A DNA stretch of 64,000 nt from Thermoanaerobaculia bacterium (lineage in GTDB: Bacteria > Acidobacteriota > Thermoanaerobaculia > Multivoradales > JAHEKO01). Shown in pieces: positions 27,118 through 36,750 of this stretch. The notes under the pieces were generated by a model. That model was not told where the DNA came from, did no database searches, and saw only the letters and a list, made by a program, of their open reading frames with translations. Positions within the stretch are counted from its first letter, which is position 1. Every line of letters starts with the position of its first letter. The translations under genes were made by a program, and so were the position numbers. The DNA lies in assembly GCA_041394745.1 (NCBI GenBank), contig JAWKHP010000003.1, forward strand, positions 29,110-93,109, read 5' to 3'.

Positions 27118-28590
27118 TCAGTTGGCGGTCGTCGTCCAGTGACTCGTGTCGCCGCTCTCGAACCCGTCGAGGAAGAACGCGCCTTCGCCGGCCCACGGAC
27201 AACCCTCCCCGTTGTGGATGCAGGCGATGCGGCTGCCCGCTCCAACCACGACGTAGAGCTCACCGAGGTGGTCCTCGGCGAACCCGTAGGTCCCCGAGAA
27301 CCCGCTGGCCCAGCACTGGGCGTTGATGGCCGCCGGGTTGGCGGGGTTGAGGGTGGTCGTCTTCCAGATCTGCCCGCAGGCCGCGTCGCTGTAGAGGTAG
27401 TCCCCCGCGATCGAGGGCACCTCGGTGCCACGGTAGCGGAAGCCCCCCATGACCGAGGCCCAACCGCCGTTGTGGTGGCAGAGGATGGGATCCCAGAAGC
27501 CGCTCGAGCGCGGGAACTCGCAGGTCGTACCCGGGTCCACCGGGCAGCCGGTCACCGAGCAGCCGGACTCGTCGTTGTTCGACGTCTCGCACCCTTCACG
27601 GCACGACCATCCGAAGTTCACGGGCGCGGCGAGGGCGGCGCGCTTGAGGTTGATCTCCTCCCACTTGTTCTGACCCACGTCGCCGATGTAGAGGTCGCCC
27701 GTCGTCCGGTCGAAGCTGAAACGGAACGGGTTGCGCAGCCCCATCGCCCAGACCTCGTCGCAGGCGGGATCCTGACCGAAGAACGGGTTGGTGGACGGCA
27801 CCGTGTAGTTGCTCGGCTCGCCCGTGGCGTCGCAGTCGTCCGGGGGGCCGCCCAGCGGGTCGATTCCGCGCACGTCGATGCGCAGCATCTTGCCGAGCAG
27901 GGTGGTGTTCTGCTGGCCGTCGCCGTTGATGCCCTGATTGCCGTCACAGCCGCCGCCGCCGTCGCCGATCGAGATGTAGAGGAAGCCGTCCGGGCCGAAC
28001 GCCATGTTGCCGCCGTTGTGGTTGCTGGCGGAGGAGTGCTCGATGACGAGGATCTTGGTCGCGGACCCCGGGTCGGCCACGTCGGGGTTCCCGGCCGAGC
28101 GCTCGTAGCGTTCGATGACGACGTCGCCCAGCGTGCCGCCGCCGAGGTCGCGGCGGGTGTAGTAGACGTAGAAGCGTCCGTTGGTCACGTAGTCGGGATC
28201 GGCCACCATCGAGAGCAGACCGCGCTCGCCGCCGAAGGAGACCGGCCCGCCGCTGCTCTGGCGCAGGTCGAGGAACATCGTCGGCAGGATCTCGCCGGTC
28301 CCGCCGTCCCAGACGAGGATCGCCCCCTCCTGGGTGGCGATGAGGCGCTTGCTCCGGCCGTCGTTCGGATCCACGAACGAGATCGGCGTGTTGGCGCCGC
28401 TCGGGAAGTCCGACGGACCGACGATGTTCGTGATTCCGACCGGAGCGCCCGGCGTGCAGGTCGTGCCGCACGACACGTTGAAGCAGCTCGTCGCGCCGTG
28501 AGCCGGTGCCCCGAGGAGGGCGGCGGCGAGGACGGCGGAGACGGGGACGAGGAAACCGGCGAGCCGGCGATGGGCGGTCGAGAACGTCAT
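27118..28590 (-). CDS. PQQ-dependent sugar (glucose/sorbosone) dehydrogenase-like beta-propeller protein, secreted
   Basis: The Met at 28590 gives MTFSTAHRRLAGFLVPVSAVLAAALLGAPAHG. Motifs GLLSMVADPDY, NHNGGNMAFGPDGFLYISIGDGGGG and GLRNPFRFSFD are present. It ends ...GAFFLDGFESGDTSHWTTTAN*. Confidence 0.7.
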   Translation of the reverse strand: MTFSTAHRRLAGFLVPVSAVLAAALLGAPAHGATSCFNVSCGTTCTPGAPVGITNIVGPSDFPSGANTPISFVDPNDGRSKRLIATQEGAILVWDGGTGEILPTMFLDLRQSSGGPVSFGGERGLLSMVADPDYVTNGRFYVYYTRRDLGGGTLGDVVIERYERSAGNPDVADPGSATKILVIEHSSASNHNGGNMAFGPDGFLYISIGDGGGGCDGNQGINGDGQQNTTLLGKMLRIDVRGIDPLGGPPDDCDATGEPSNYTVPSTNPFFGQDPACDEVWAMGLRNPFRFSFDRTTGDLYIGDVGQNKWEEINLKRAALAAPVNFGWSCREGCETSNNDESGCSVTGCPVDPGTTCEFPRSSGFWDPILCHHNGGWASVMGGFRYRGTEVPSIAGDYLYSDAACGQIWKTTTLNPANPAAINAQCWASGFSGTYGFAEDHLGELYVVVGAGSRIACIHNGEGCPWAGEGAFFLDGFESGDTSHWTTTAN

Positions 28591-28788
28591 GGCGGAGCCT
28601 CCTGGGTTGCCCTCATCGGGCGTGCGATCCACGGCCGGCGATTGTAGCGGCAGCCGGGGAGGGGCCCTGAACCTATCGTGCCCCGCGGGCCGGGTGCCGT
28701 GGAGGGTGCCACTCGGTCGGGCCGGGTGCCGATACGCTATCTTCGGCGGCGGGGCCGGCGGCCCGAGGCGGCCCCGCCCTCCGCTGCG

Positions 28789-29544
28789 ATGACCGACACG
28801 CCCCCCCAGCGCTTCGCCGGCCGCGCCATCCTCGTGTCCGGTTCGACCCGCGGCATCGGCCGAGGGATCGCCGAGCGTCTGCTCGCCGAGGGCGCCGTGG
28901 TCGGCATCCACGGCAGGAGCCCGGAGGCGGTCGAGGAGGCGGCCCGCGCGCTCCATGCCGAGCGGGCGGTGCCGGTCGCCGCCGACCTCTCCGAGCCCGA
29001 GCGGGCGCGGGAGATGGTGGAGGGGTTCGTCGCCGCGGCCGGCGGCCTCGACGGCCTGGTCAACAACGCCGGCGGCGGCCGCTCGGCAGGGTTCCGGGCG
29101 CTCACGTTGGAGGCGTGGCGCGAGACCTTCCGCGTCAACCTCGAGTCCGCCGTCGTGGCCTGCCAGACGGCCTACGGCGTCTTGAGGAAGCAACGGCGGG
29201 GCGCCATCGTCAACGTCTGCTCGCTGGCCGCGCACGGGCCCGGGCGGTGGATGGGCGCCGACTACGCGGCGTCGAAGGCCGGGCTGCTCTCCGTGACCCA
29301 GAGCCTGGCGGTCGAGGCGGCGCGCTTCGGCGTGCGCTGCAACGCCGTCTCCCCGGGGTTCATCGAGACCGACATGACGGGGACCATCCCGGAGGAGGCG
29401 CGCGAGGGTCTCTCGATCCCTCTCGGCGCCCTCGGCACTCCGGCCCAGGTGGGAGGCGTCGTGGCCTTCCTGCTCTCCGACGACGCCTCCTACCTCACCG
29501 GCCAGGTCGTGCACGTCGACGGCGGCCTGTGGATGAACGGATGA
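28789..29544 (+). CDS. SDR-family oxidoreductase (3-oxoacyl-ACP reductase FabG-like)
   Basis: GSTRGIGRGIAERL (TGxxxGIG), NNAG and YAASKAG (YxxxK) motifs are present. Confidence 0.75.
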   Translation: MTDTPPQRFAGRAILVSGSTRGIGRGIAERLLAEGAVVGIHGRSPEAVEEAARALHAERAVPVAADLSEPERAREMVEGFVAAAGGLDGLVNNAGGGRSAGFRALTLEAWRETFRVNLESAVVACQTAYGVLRKQRRGAIVNVCSLAAHGPGRWMGADYAASKAGLLSVTQSLAVEAARFGVRCNAVSPGFIETDMTGTIPEEAREGLSIPLGALGTPAQVGGVVAFLLSDDASYLTGQVVHVDGGLWMNG

Positions 29545-30800
29545 GCGCCGCGGGACGCAGGGTGCTGGTGACCGGGCTGGGCCTGGTGAGCGCCGTCGGA
29601 TCGGACCGCGAGAGCGCGTGGGCGAGCCTGGTGGGAGGTCGCACGGGGATCGGCCCGCTCACCGGCTTCGACGTCTCGGGCAACGCGGTGACCTTCGGGG
29701 GCCAGGTCGACGCGACATTCCTCGACGAGCGGCAGAAGGGCAAGCTGCGGCGCGCCGACCGCACCCTGCGCTTCGCCGTCGAGGCGGCGCGCCAGGCGCT
29801 CACCGAGGCCGGCTGGATCGGGGTGGAGGAGGCCGAGGACGCAGGGGAGGGCCGAGCCGTGCTGCCGATCGGCAACCTCTGGGGGTGCGGCGTCGGCCCG
29901 GCCGGTCACCTCGCCGGGTTCCACACCCGCTTCGCCGAGAAGGGGCCGCAGGGGATGCGTCCGAGCACGGTCCCGGAGGGCATGGCCAACTCGATCTCGG
30001 CCGGCGTCTCCATCCGGTTCGGCCTCGGCGGCACGAACCAGGTCGTCGTCTCCGCCTGCACCTCGTCCACCAACGCCATCGGCCAGGCGTTCCGGGCGGT
30101 GCGGCACGGCTACGCGGAAGCGGTGCTCTGCGGCGGCGTCGACTCCTTCTTCGACCCGTTCGACTACGGCGTCTGGAACAACCTCGGCGTGCTGTCGACG
30201 TTGCCCGATCCGGCGACGGCCCTGCGCCCCTTCGACGCCGGCCGCGCCGGCACCCTGCTCGGCGAGGGCGCCGCGGCGCTCCTGCTCGAATCGGAGGAGT
30301 CCGCCGCGCGCCGGGGTGCCGCAACGCGCGGCGAGGTGCTCGGCTACGGCGAGTCCTCCGACGCCACCCACATCACCAGTCCCGACGTCGCCGGTCAGGT
30401 GCGCGCCATCCGTGCCGCCCTGGCGGACGCCGGCGTCGAGCCGGAGGAGCTGGTCTACGTCAACGCGCACGGCACGGCGACCGAGAGCAACGACGTGACC
30501 GAGTGCCGCTCGATCCGCGAGGCTCTGGGGTCGGCGGCGGAGGCGGTTCCGGTAGGGGCGATGAAGTCCTACTTCGGGCACACCCTGGGTGCTTCGGGCG
30601 CCCTCGAGACGGTCGGCACCCTGCTCGCCCTGGAGCACGGGACGGCCCCTCCCAACCTCAACCTCGACACGCCGGACCCGGAGTGCGCGGTGCGGCTGAT
30701 CGGGGGCGAGCCGCTGGCGCTCGGCGCCGGTCCGGCGATGAAGAACAGCTTCGGCTTCGGCGGCGGCAACGGCGTGCTGGTGCTCGGCCGCGGAGCGTGA
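29541..30800 (+). CDS. beta-ketoacyl-ACP synthase II (FabF-like KAS)
   Basis: The ATG at 29541 overlaps the SDR stop (ATGA). The product has the active-site Cys in VVSACTSS, NAHGTAT and KSYFGHTLGASGA motifs. Confidence 0.8.
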   Translation: MSAAGRRVLVTGLGLVSAVGSDRESAWASLVGGRTGIGPLTGFDVSGNAVTFGGQVDATFLDERQKGKLRRADRTLRFAVEAARQALTEAGWIGVEEAEDAGEGRAVLPIGNLWGCGVGPAGHLAGFHTRFAEKGPQGMRPSTVPEGMANSISAGVSIRFGLGGTNQVVVSACTSSTNAIGQAFRAVRHGYAEAVLCGGVDSFFDPFDYGVWNNLGVLSTLPDPATALRPFDAGRAGTLLGEGAAALLLESEESAARRGAATRGEVLGYGESSDATHITSPDVAGQVRAIRAALADAGVEPEELVYVNAHGTATESNDVTECRSIREALGSAAEAVPVGAMKSYFGHTLGASGALETVGTLLALEHGTAPPNLNLDTPDPECAVRLIGGEPLALGAGPAMKNSFGFGGGNGVLVLGRGA

Positions 30801-30816
30801 GAGGAGAACGGGGACG

Positions 30817-31080
30817 ATGAGCGCTTCCGACAACGCAGATCGCGCGGGGATCCTCGAACGGCTCGGCGCCGTGCTCGAGGAGTCCGCCACCGAGGAGGTC
30901 GACTGGAGCACCGTCGACGAGTCGACGACGCTCGAGTCGTTCGGGTTCGACTCGCTGGCCGTGCTCGACCTGATCTTCGATCTGGAGCAGGAGTTCGGCG
31001 TGCAGATCCCGGCCGAGACCATGATCCGGATGAAGACGGTCGGCGACCTGGTCACCTTCCTCGAGGAGAGCGGCGGCTAG
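30817..31080 (+). CDS. acyl carrier protein
   Basis: An 87-aa ORF with the GFDSLAVLDL phosphopantetheine-attachment motif. Confidence 0.8.
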   Translation: MSASDNADRAGILERLGAVLEESATEEVDWSTVDESTTLESFGFDSLAVLDLIFDLEQEFGVQIPAETMIRMKTVGDLVTFLEESGG

Positions 31081-31090
31081 CCGCCCACCG

Positions 31091-31837
31091 ATGCGCTGGG
31101 GCACGGCCGGCGAGGAGGAGAGCCGCTCCCGGGCCGGCCCGCTGCGCCGGTTCCTGATGCGCCGGGTGGCGCCGTACGCCACCCTGGCCCTCCTGCGCAC
31201 GTTGGACTTCACCTGGCGCTATCGCCAGACCGGTCGGGAGCGCTTCGAGGAGGCCCTGGCCGATCCGCGGCCGCTCGTGGGCGCCTTCCTGCACGGCCGC
31301 TCCTTCGCGCTGCTGCCGTTCATGAGCCGGCGGGAGAACGGTCGCTGGATGGCGATGTGCTCGAAGAGCCTCGACGGCGACGCCATGGCCAGGGTCGAGG
31401 CGGCGCTCGGCTACGAGGTCGTGCGCGGCTCCTCCGGCCGCGACGGGCTGCAGGCGATCGTCGACATGATCCGCCGGGTGCGGGCCGACCCGGGGCTGGG
31501 CTCCTGCCTTGCCGTCGACGGCTCGCGCGGCCCGCGCGGCCACGTCCAGGGCGGCGTCCTCTCGCTCGCCCAGCGCACCGGCGGCCTGCTGATCCCGGTC
31601 ACCCTCTCCGCCCGCCCCGCCCTCGTGCTGCGCGGCACCTGGGACCGCACCCTGCTCCCGGCCCCGTTCGCCCGCGTCGACGTCGTCTTCGGCGAGGCGA
31701 TGGAGGTGCCGCCCAAGGTCAAGGGGGAAGCCTTCGAGCGCCTGCGCCTCGACCTCCAGGACCGCCTGGTGGCCCTGCAGGCCGAGGCCGACCGGCTGAG
31801 CGGCCACCGGGCGGCGGAGCCGGTCGTGGCGCCCTGA
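31091..31837 (+). CDS. DUF374 / lysophospholipid-acyltransferase-like protein
   Basis: A 248-aa ORF (FLHGRSFALLPF...MCSKSLDGDAMARV...GSSGRDGLQAIVDMI...AVDGSRGPRG) consistent with COG2121/DUF374. Confidence 0.55.
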   Translation: MRWGTAGEEESRSRAGPLRRFLMRRVAPYATLALLRTLDFTWRYRQTGRERFEEALADPRPLVGAFLHGRSFALLPFMSRRENGRWMAMCSKSLDGDAMARVEAALGYEVVRGSSGRDGLQAIVDMIRRVRADPGLGSCLAVDGSRGPRGHVQGGVLSLAQRTGGLLIPVTLSARPALVLRGTWDRTLLPAPFARVDVVFGEAMEVPPKVKGEAFERLRLDLQDRLVALQAEADRLSGHRAAEPVVAP

Positions 31838-31864
31838 GGGTCGAGGCGGCTCGGGCGCCGTGGG

Positions 31865-31960
31865 CTTCACACGGACCGCCGGCGGCATGCCGGGACCCGA
31901 GCTGAGGTCTCTCGCTGCGCTCGAGACGACGGCGGGGGCGTGGCGGCGAAACGACGGTGA
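31865..31960. repeat. solo copy of the 24.3-kb repeat family (GCTGAGGTCTCTCGCTGCGCTCGAGACGACGGCGGGGG)
   Basis: It aligns at about 80% with copy B at 24.55 kb, including the GTCTC...GAGAC hairpin core. Confidence 0.45.
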
Positions 31961-33434
31961 ATCCCGTCGTCCCGAGCGCAGCGGGATTCAACGCAGGCGC
32001 CGAGCGCCCTGACGGGCCTGGGTGCAGTCCTCGGCCCGCAGCCGCCCATGAGCCCTACCTGTGCCAACCTCGCCAGCACGCGATCCAGCTCCCCTCGATC
32101 CAGCCACTGCCCCCTGAGCACGACGCCGTCGATCGCGTCGACCGCCGCCAGGTCCTCGAACGCGTTCCCGCGCAGGAGCACCAGATCCGCCGGCGCGCCG
32201 GCCACCAGCCGACCCTGCAGCGGATCGCCGCCGGCCGCCTCCCGGCTCCCGGGCCGCTGCGCGCGCAGCGCCGCGGCGGGGAGAGGGCGCGGCCGAGCAG
32301 CCGGACCTCGTCGTGCAGGCTGTAGCCGGGCAGCAGGCCGGGGCCCGCGATGTCGGTGCCGGCGCCGACCGGCGCGCCGCGCTCGGCCAGCAGGCGGACG
32401 AAGTCGACGCCGACGTCGACCAGCGACTCGCGCAGGCGGATGACCTCCTCGTCGCGATCGACGTCGCTCACCTGCGCCTCGGACCAGCTCCGTCTCTGCT
32501 CGGCGGTCAGGTAGCGCCACTCCGGCGCCGGGTCGTCGTGCTCCGCCGCCCAGTGGGCGCGCAGGTCGTAGGCGCGCAGCGTCGGGTCGAAGAGCGTGCC
32601 GTGGGCGGCGAAGCAGTCGGCGAGCGCCGGCGCCTCGTGGGCGAGCCAGTCGGGCATCGCCAGGAAGGCGGCCATCTGGTCGTCGAAGCCGGCCAGGTAG
32701 GTGCCCTCGAAGAGGGTCGCGATGTGCTCCACCGAGTCGAGCCCCGCCTCGCACGCCTCGATCGGCGTCACCGTCACCGGCACGTGGCCGGCCACCGGCA
32801 GCCCGGCGTCGTGCGCCGCCGCGACGAGGGCGAAGAACGTGTCGCGTGCGGTGGCGTTGTGCGTCTTGATCAGGTCGAACCCCGCCGAGGCGAGCCCCTT
32901 CACGGCCTGCCGGGCCTCCTCGGGAGTCTCGATCACCCGGTGGTGCGGGGCGTTCGGTGCCCCGTTCAGGGTCGGCCCGGCGCGGATCACCCGCGGACCG
33001 AGGAGCACGCCGCTCTCGATCCGCCTTCGCAGCGCCTCGATCTCCTCCGGCACCGCGCCGAGGTCGCGCACGCCGAGCACACCCTGCGTCACCAGCAGCG
33101 GCGGCGCGTGGTCGTCGAGCAGCGCCAGGTGCGTGTGCAGGTCCCAGAGCCCGGGCAACAGGTAGAGCCCCGCCGCGTCGACCGTGGTCGCGCCGGGCGG
33201 CGTCGTCGCCGTCCGCGCCGGCTCGATCCCGGTGATGCGATCGCCGGAGACGAGGACCGTCGAGGGCTCGCCGGCGCGGCCGGTCACCGGGTCGAGCGGT
33301 ACCGCACCGAGGAGGGCGAGCACCGGCCCGGCCGGATCGCTTCCCGGCTCGGCGTCGTGGCGGCACGCCAGGGGAAGGAGGACGAGGGAGGCGACGCCGG
33401 CGGCCAGCACGGTCCGGAGGGCGGAGGAGTGCAC
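31867..33434 (-). CDS. amidohydrolase-family lipoprotein with apparent frameshifts in the C-terminal third; the 3' end is uncertain
   Basis: ORF 32055..33434 reads MHSSALRTVLAAGVASLVLLPLAC (lipobox)...HTHLAL...HV...AGTDIAGPG. The C-terminal ...ADLVLLRGNAFEDLAAVDAIDGVVLRGQWLDRGELDRVLARL is in the frame of ORF 31867..33366. Confidence 0.55.
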
Positions 33435-33469
33435 GTTCGGGACTACCGGCAGCGCCCGCGGGAGGTTTC

Positions 33470-33499
33470 GTGTATCGGTGTACTAAAGCTGTGATACAC
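33470..33499. promoter_or_regulatory. inverted repeat GTGTATC-N16-GATACAC in an AT-richer spacer just upstream of the GntR gene (candidate YtrA-type operator)
   Basis: The palindrome is perfect over 7 bp. It lies 8 nt upstream of the GTG start at 33507, in the divergent region shared with the amidohydrolase gene. Confidence 0.35.
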
Positions 33500-33506
33500 T
33501 GGGCCG

Positions 33507-33902
33507 GTGATCGAGCTCCTTCCTCACGACGCCCGCCCGCTCTGGGCGCAGATCCGCGACGGCGTCCGCGATCGCATCGCCACCGGCACGCTCGCGCCCG
33601 GCGCCGCCGTGGCCTCCGTCCGGGAGATGGCGCAGCGCCTGCGCGTCAACCCGGCGACGGTGGCCAAGGCGTACCGCGATCTCACGGACGAGGGGCTGCT
33701 CGAGGTCCGGCGCGGCGAGGGCACCTTCGTCGCCGACCTCCCGGCCGAGACCCGCCGGCAGGCCGGCCGGGAGCTTCTCGCCGGCCACGTGCGGGACCTC
33801 GTCGACTGTGCGCGGGCCCTCGGGCTCGACTGGGAGGAGACGCGGGCGACGGTCGAAACGGAGTGGACCGCCACCACGACCCGAAAGAGAGCCACCCGAT
33901 GA
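33507..33902 (+). CDS. GntR-family transcriptional regulator, YtrA subfamily (short C-terminal domain)
   Basis: A 131-aa ORF with a winged-HTH N-terminus (ASVREMAQRLRVNPATVAKAYRDLTDEGLLEVRRGEGTFV), followed by ABC exporter genes. Confidence 0.7.
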   Translation: MIELLPHDARPLWAQIRDGVRDRIATGTLAPGAAVASVREMAQRLRVNPATVAKAYRDLTDEGLLEVRRGEGTFVADLPAETRRQAGRELLAGHVRDLVDCARALGLDWEETRATVETEWTATTTRKRATR

Positions 33903-34008
33903 CGCCCTTTCCTCGCAGCCGCCCCATCGCTGAGGACCGCCACGGCGGCACGCCACGCAACGCCTCCGTCAGGTCCACCAGGCCGTCGGAGACGCGGGGA
34001 CTCGTGCC

Positions 34009-34755
34009 GTGACGGCCATGCCCCCGGCCATCGAGGCCGAGAGCCTCGAGATCCGCTACGGCGCTTCCCGCCCCGTCCGTGACCTGTCCCTGCGGGTCGA
34101 ATGGGGCTCCGTCTACGCGCTGCTGGGCCGCAACGGGGCCGGCAAGAGCACCCTGGTGCGCTGCCTGCTGGGCCAGCGGCGCGCTTCGCGGGGCACCGCT
34201 CGGCTGCTCGGCCGCGACAGCTGGCGCCACCGGTGCCGGATCATGGCGGAGGTGGGCGTGCTCCCCGAGACGCCGCAGCTGCCGCCGCGGCTGACCCTCG
34301 CCCAGCTCTTCCTCCTGCGCCGCTCGCTCGGCGGCTGGGACGATGAAGAAGCCGAGGCCCGGCGCCGGGCGCTCGAGCTGCCGAGCGACGTGCCGGTCGG
34401 CAAGCTCGCGCGGTCAGAAGAGGCGCCGCCCTGGTGATGGCCCTCGCCGGTCGCCCGAAGCTCCTCGTCTGCCGCGACGACCCGACCCTCGGCCTCGACC
34501 CGGTGGCCCGCGCCCTCTTCTACGAGGCTCATCGCTTGCACGACCTCGCCGACCGCGGCACGACCGTCTTCCCTCACCACCCACGACCTGGCCGGCATCG
34601 AGGGCCTGGCGAGCGCACACGTCGGCATCCTCCATGGCGGAGCGCTCGTCGCCGACGACACCGTCGACGCGCGCTGCGCGACCGGCACCGCGACCCCCTC
34701 CGGCGAGCCGCGCGGCCTCCCGGACGATCTTCCGGACGCTCACCGCGGGAGGTGA
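34009..34755 (+). CDS. ABC transporter ATP-binding protein, split over three frames by apparent single-base indels
   Basis: Walker A GRNGAGKST is in ORF 34009..34437. The signature and Walker B region ...ALAGRPKLLVCRDDPTLGLDPVARALFYEAHRLHDLADRGTTVF is in ORF 34434... After a one-base correction the tail reads LTTHDLAGIEGLASAHVGILHGGALVADD...HRGR* with TGA at 34753. Confidence 0.6.
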
Positions 34756-35400
34756 TGCATGAGGGCTTCCTCTTCGTCCTGCGCAAGGAGCTGCTCGAGC
34801 GCCGCCTACGTCTTCCCGGTCGCCCTGGCCGTCGGCCTCGTCCCCTGGAGTCTTGCCCCTGGCTCCTCCCCTGCAGGCCGAGGATCTCCGCCTCGTCGCT
34901 GCCGCCGCCCTCGCCCTCGGCCTCCAGCTGGCCGTCGCCTGCGCCACCGGCGCCTCCACCCTCACCCGGCGACCTCGCCGCCGGCCGCCTCGGCTTCCTC
35001 TTCCTCCTCCCCATCTCCGAACGCGCCATCTGGGCGGCAAGCTCAACGCCGCGCTCCTGGTAAACGTCGGGGGCCCGAGCTCTGACGCTCGCGCCGAGCG
35101 TCGCTCTCCAGAAGCGTGGAGCTGACGATCTTCATCCGTGCCTACTGCTTGCAGCGCTGGCGTCTCTCCTGCGCAGTTCTCGTCGCTGGCAGCGCGCGAT
35201 TGCGGAGCGCGCTCGGAGCGCCTGGCTGATCCTCGATCTGCTGGTATTGGCGGGATCGTCCGGCTCGACGCTGGAGCCTCAAACGCTCAGGGACACGGGG
35301 GTGCCTGGGCTATCCGACCTCGTACTGACGGTCCTGTCCCAGTCGCTCTCGTCACCCTGCTGCTTTCCTCTTGGGGGCTCGTGAGGCAGGGCCGTAGCGA
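34755..35400 (+). pseudogene. ABC-2-type permease gene beginning MHEGFLFVLRKELLERR, broken by several frame changes (sequencing error or pseudogene)
   Basis: The ATG at 34755 overlaps the ATPase stop (TGATG). The hydrophobic pieces YVFPVALAVGLVPWSLAP, LRLVAAAALALGLQLAVACATG, LLLAALASLLRSS and PVPVALVTLLLSSWGLV lie in different frames. The end is not determinable. Confidence 0.3.
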
Positions 35401-35453
35401 AGCCGGATCAGGCGCACCGGGCATTCTCCCAGCGTGCGGCGATCGGCTTCGGG

Positions 35454-36747
35454 GTGACCGGTCGTGGTCGGAACGTACGCTGCGTGGGCTGTTCGGGTCG
35501 GTCCCCGCGACCTCGTCGGCTGCCAATACGCGGTACCCCTTCGCGGAACCAGCTGGGTGGTGTTGAGCGGTCCTTTGAAGGCGAGGCCCGGCGCGTGGGG
35601 ATTCCTCTTGTACGACACCGGCTCGGCGCGCTTCGTGCCCCCTCTCCGGGGACTCTGGACGGCATTCCGGGCCAGCTAGTCAGCTTGTCCGGAGACGGTC
35701 TGCTGCTCGTTGCGGTCGACGATCCGCAGGACAGGGGATCCTGGCGAACCTCTGTCGTGGACGGAGTGGGGCCCCCAGCCCGTCTGGACCGAAGTGCCGA
35801 TCTGGTTCCGAGACCCGACCCTTGGAGATCCGGCTCTCCTCCGACGGCTCCTGTTGGCGGCTTGGCAGAATCGAGACGGTGGGCTCCTGACGGTCCACGA
35901 AGCCATGACCGGCAGGCCGAGGTCCACTCTCCTCTCGAGCTCGCTCCGCCGACCGAGATACGTTTCGTCGATCCTGACCGGATCCTCTTGGCCTCGCCGA
36001 TCTGGGACGAGGAGGGCGAGTGGTCGCTGGAGCTCCACACCGTGTCGATCTCGACCGGTGAGGTCGTAAGCCAGGCCGAGACCGGCTCGATCTCGCGAGG
36101 AGGATTCTGGCTCGATTCGAGGAACTGGATGGTCGGCACAGTCGAAGGGCTCTACTCGACGGAGACAGCAAAGCTGCTGCAGCCGCTGTCCCAGCCGTTT
36201 CCGGGGAACATGGGTCATGCCACAGCTGTCACCTGGCCTGCTCGGATCGTGCGACTTGCCCGCTTGGATCGAAGTACGGAGAACGATGACCCACAGAACC
36301 CGATCCCGGAGCGAACTGCTTTTTTTTTGGACGACGCAGTCCGGGCTGATCCCCTCACGCAGTTCGCATCGAAGGAAAGACGCCAGAGCTCCACGGGCGG
36401 GTGGGGGAGCAATTGTGGTCTTGGTCAGTGGTCGAACCGATGGGGTAGATACCTGGAAGGTCGATGTGATGACGGAAGCGACTCGTAGCGCCGGGCGTGC
36501 GTTCGGTCGCGTCGCTGATGAGTCCGGCCAGTTCACCTGCAACGTCGCTCTACCTGGATGACGGCGGTGGTCTGATCCGCCTGGGACCCTCGGGTGAGCG
36601 GACCAAGTGCTCGCACCCGCAGAACCTCGACCCCGACGCCGATCTCGAGGCGTGGCCCTACCGCTATTTCGCTCGATTGGTTCACCGATCTCTTCGAGAA
36701 CCTCGGTATGGTGGCGCTGCCGAAGCCCAAGGCGAAGCAAAGCTGAG
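35454..36747 (+). pseudogene. fragmented ORF set (possibly a periplasmic beta-propeller-like protein) in a lower-GC segment containing a T9 homopolymer
   Basis: Protein-like stretches are split between the frames of ORF 35710..36069 (EPLSWTEWGPQPVWTEVPIWFRDPTLGDPALLRRLLLAAW...) and ORF 35454..36488 (LELAPPTEIRFVDPDRILLASPIWDEEGEWSLELHTVSISTGEVV...AFFLDDAVRADP). The T run is at 36320-36328 and a TGA at 36745-36747. Confidence 0.25.
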
Positions 36748-36750
36748 CGC

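Noticed and set aside
24496-28647. A 1383-aa plus-strand ORF, the largest in the track
   Set aside because: It is antisense to the MNT, DUF885 and sugar-dehydrogenase genes. Its composition is Arg/Gly/Ala/Val-rich and low-complexity with no motifs. Long stop-free antisense frames are expected at about 70% GC, and its 5' end is generated by the tandem intergenic repeat.
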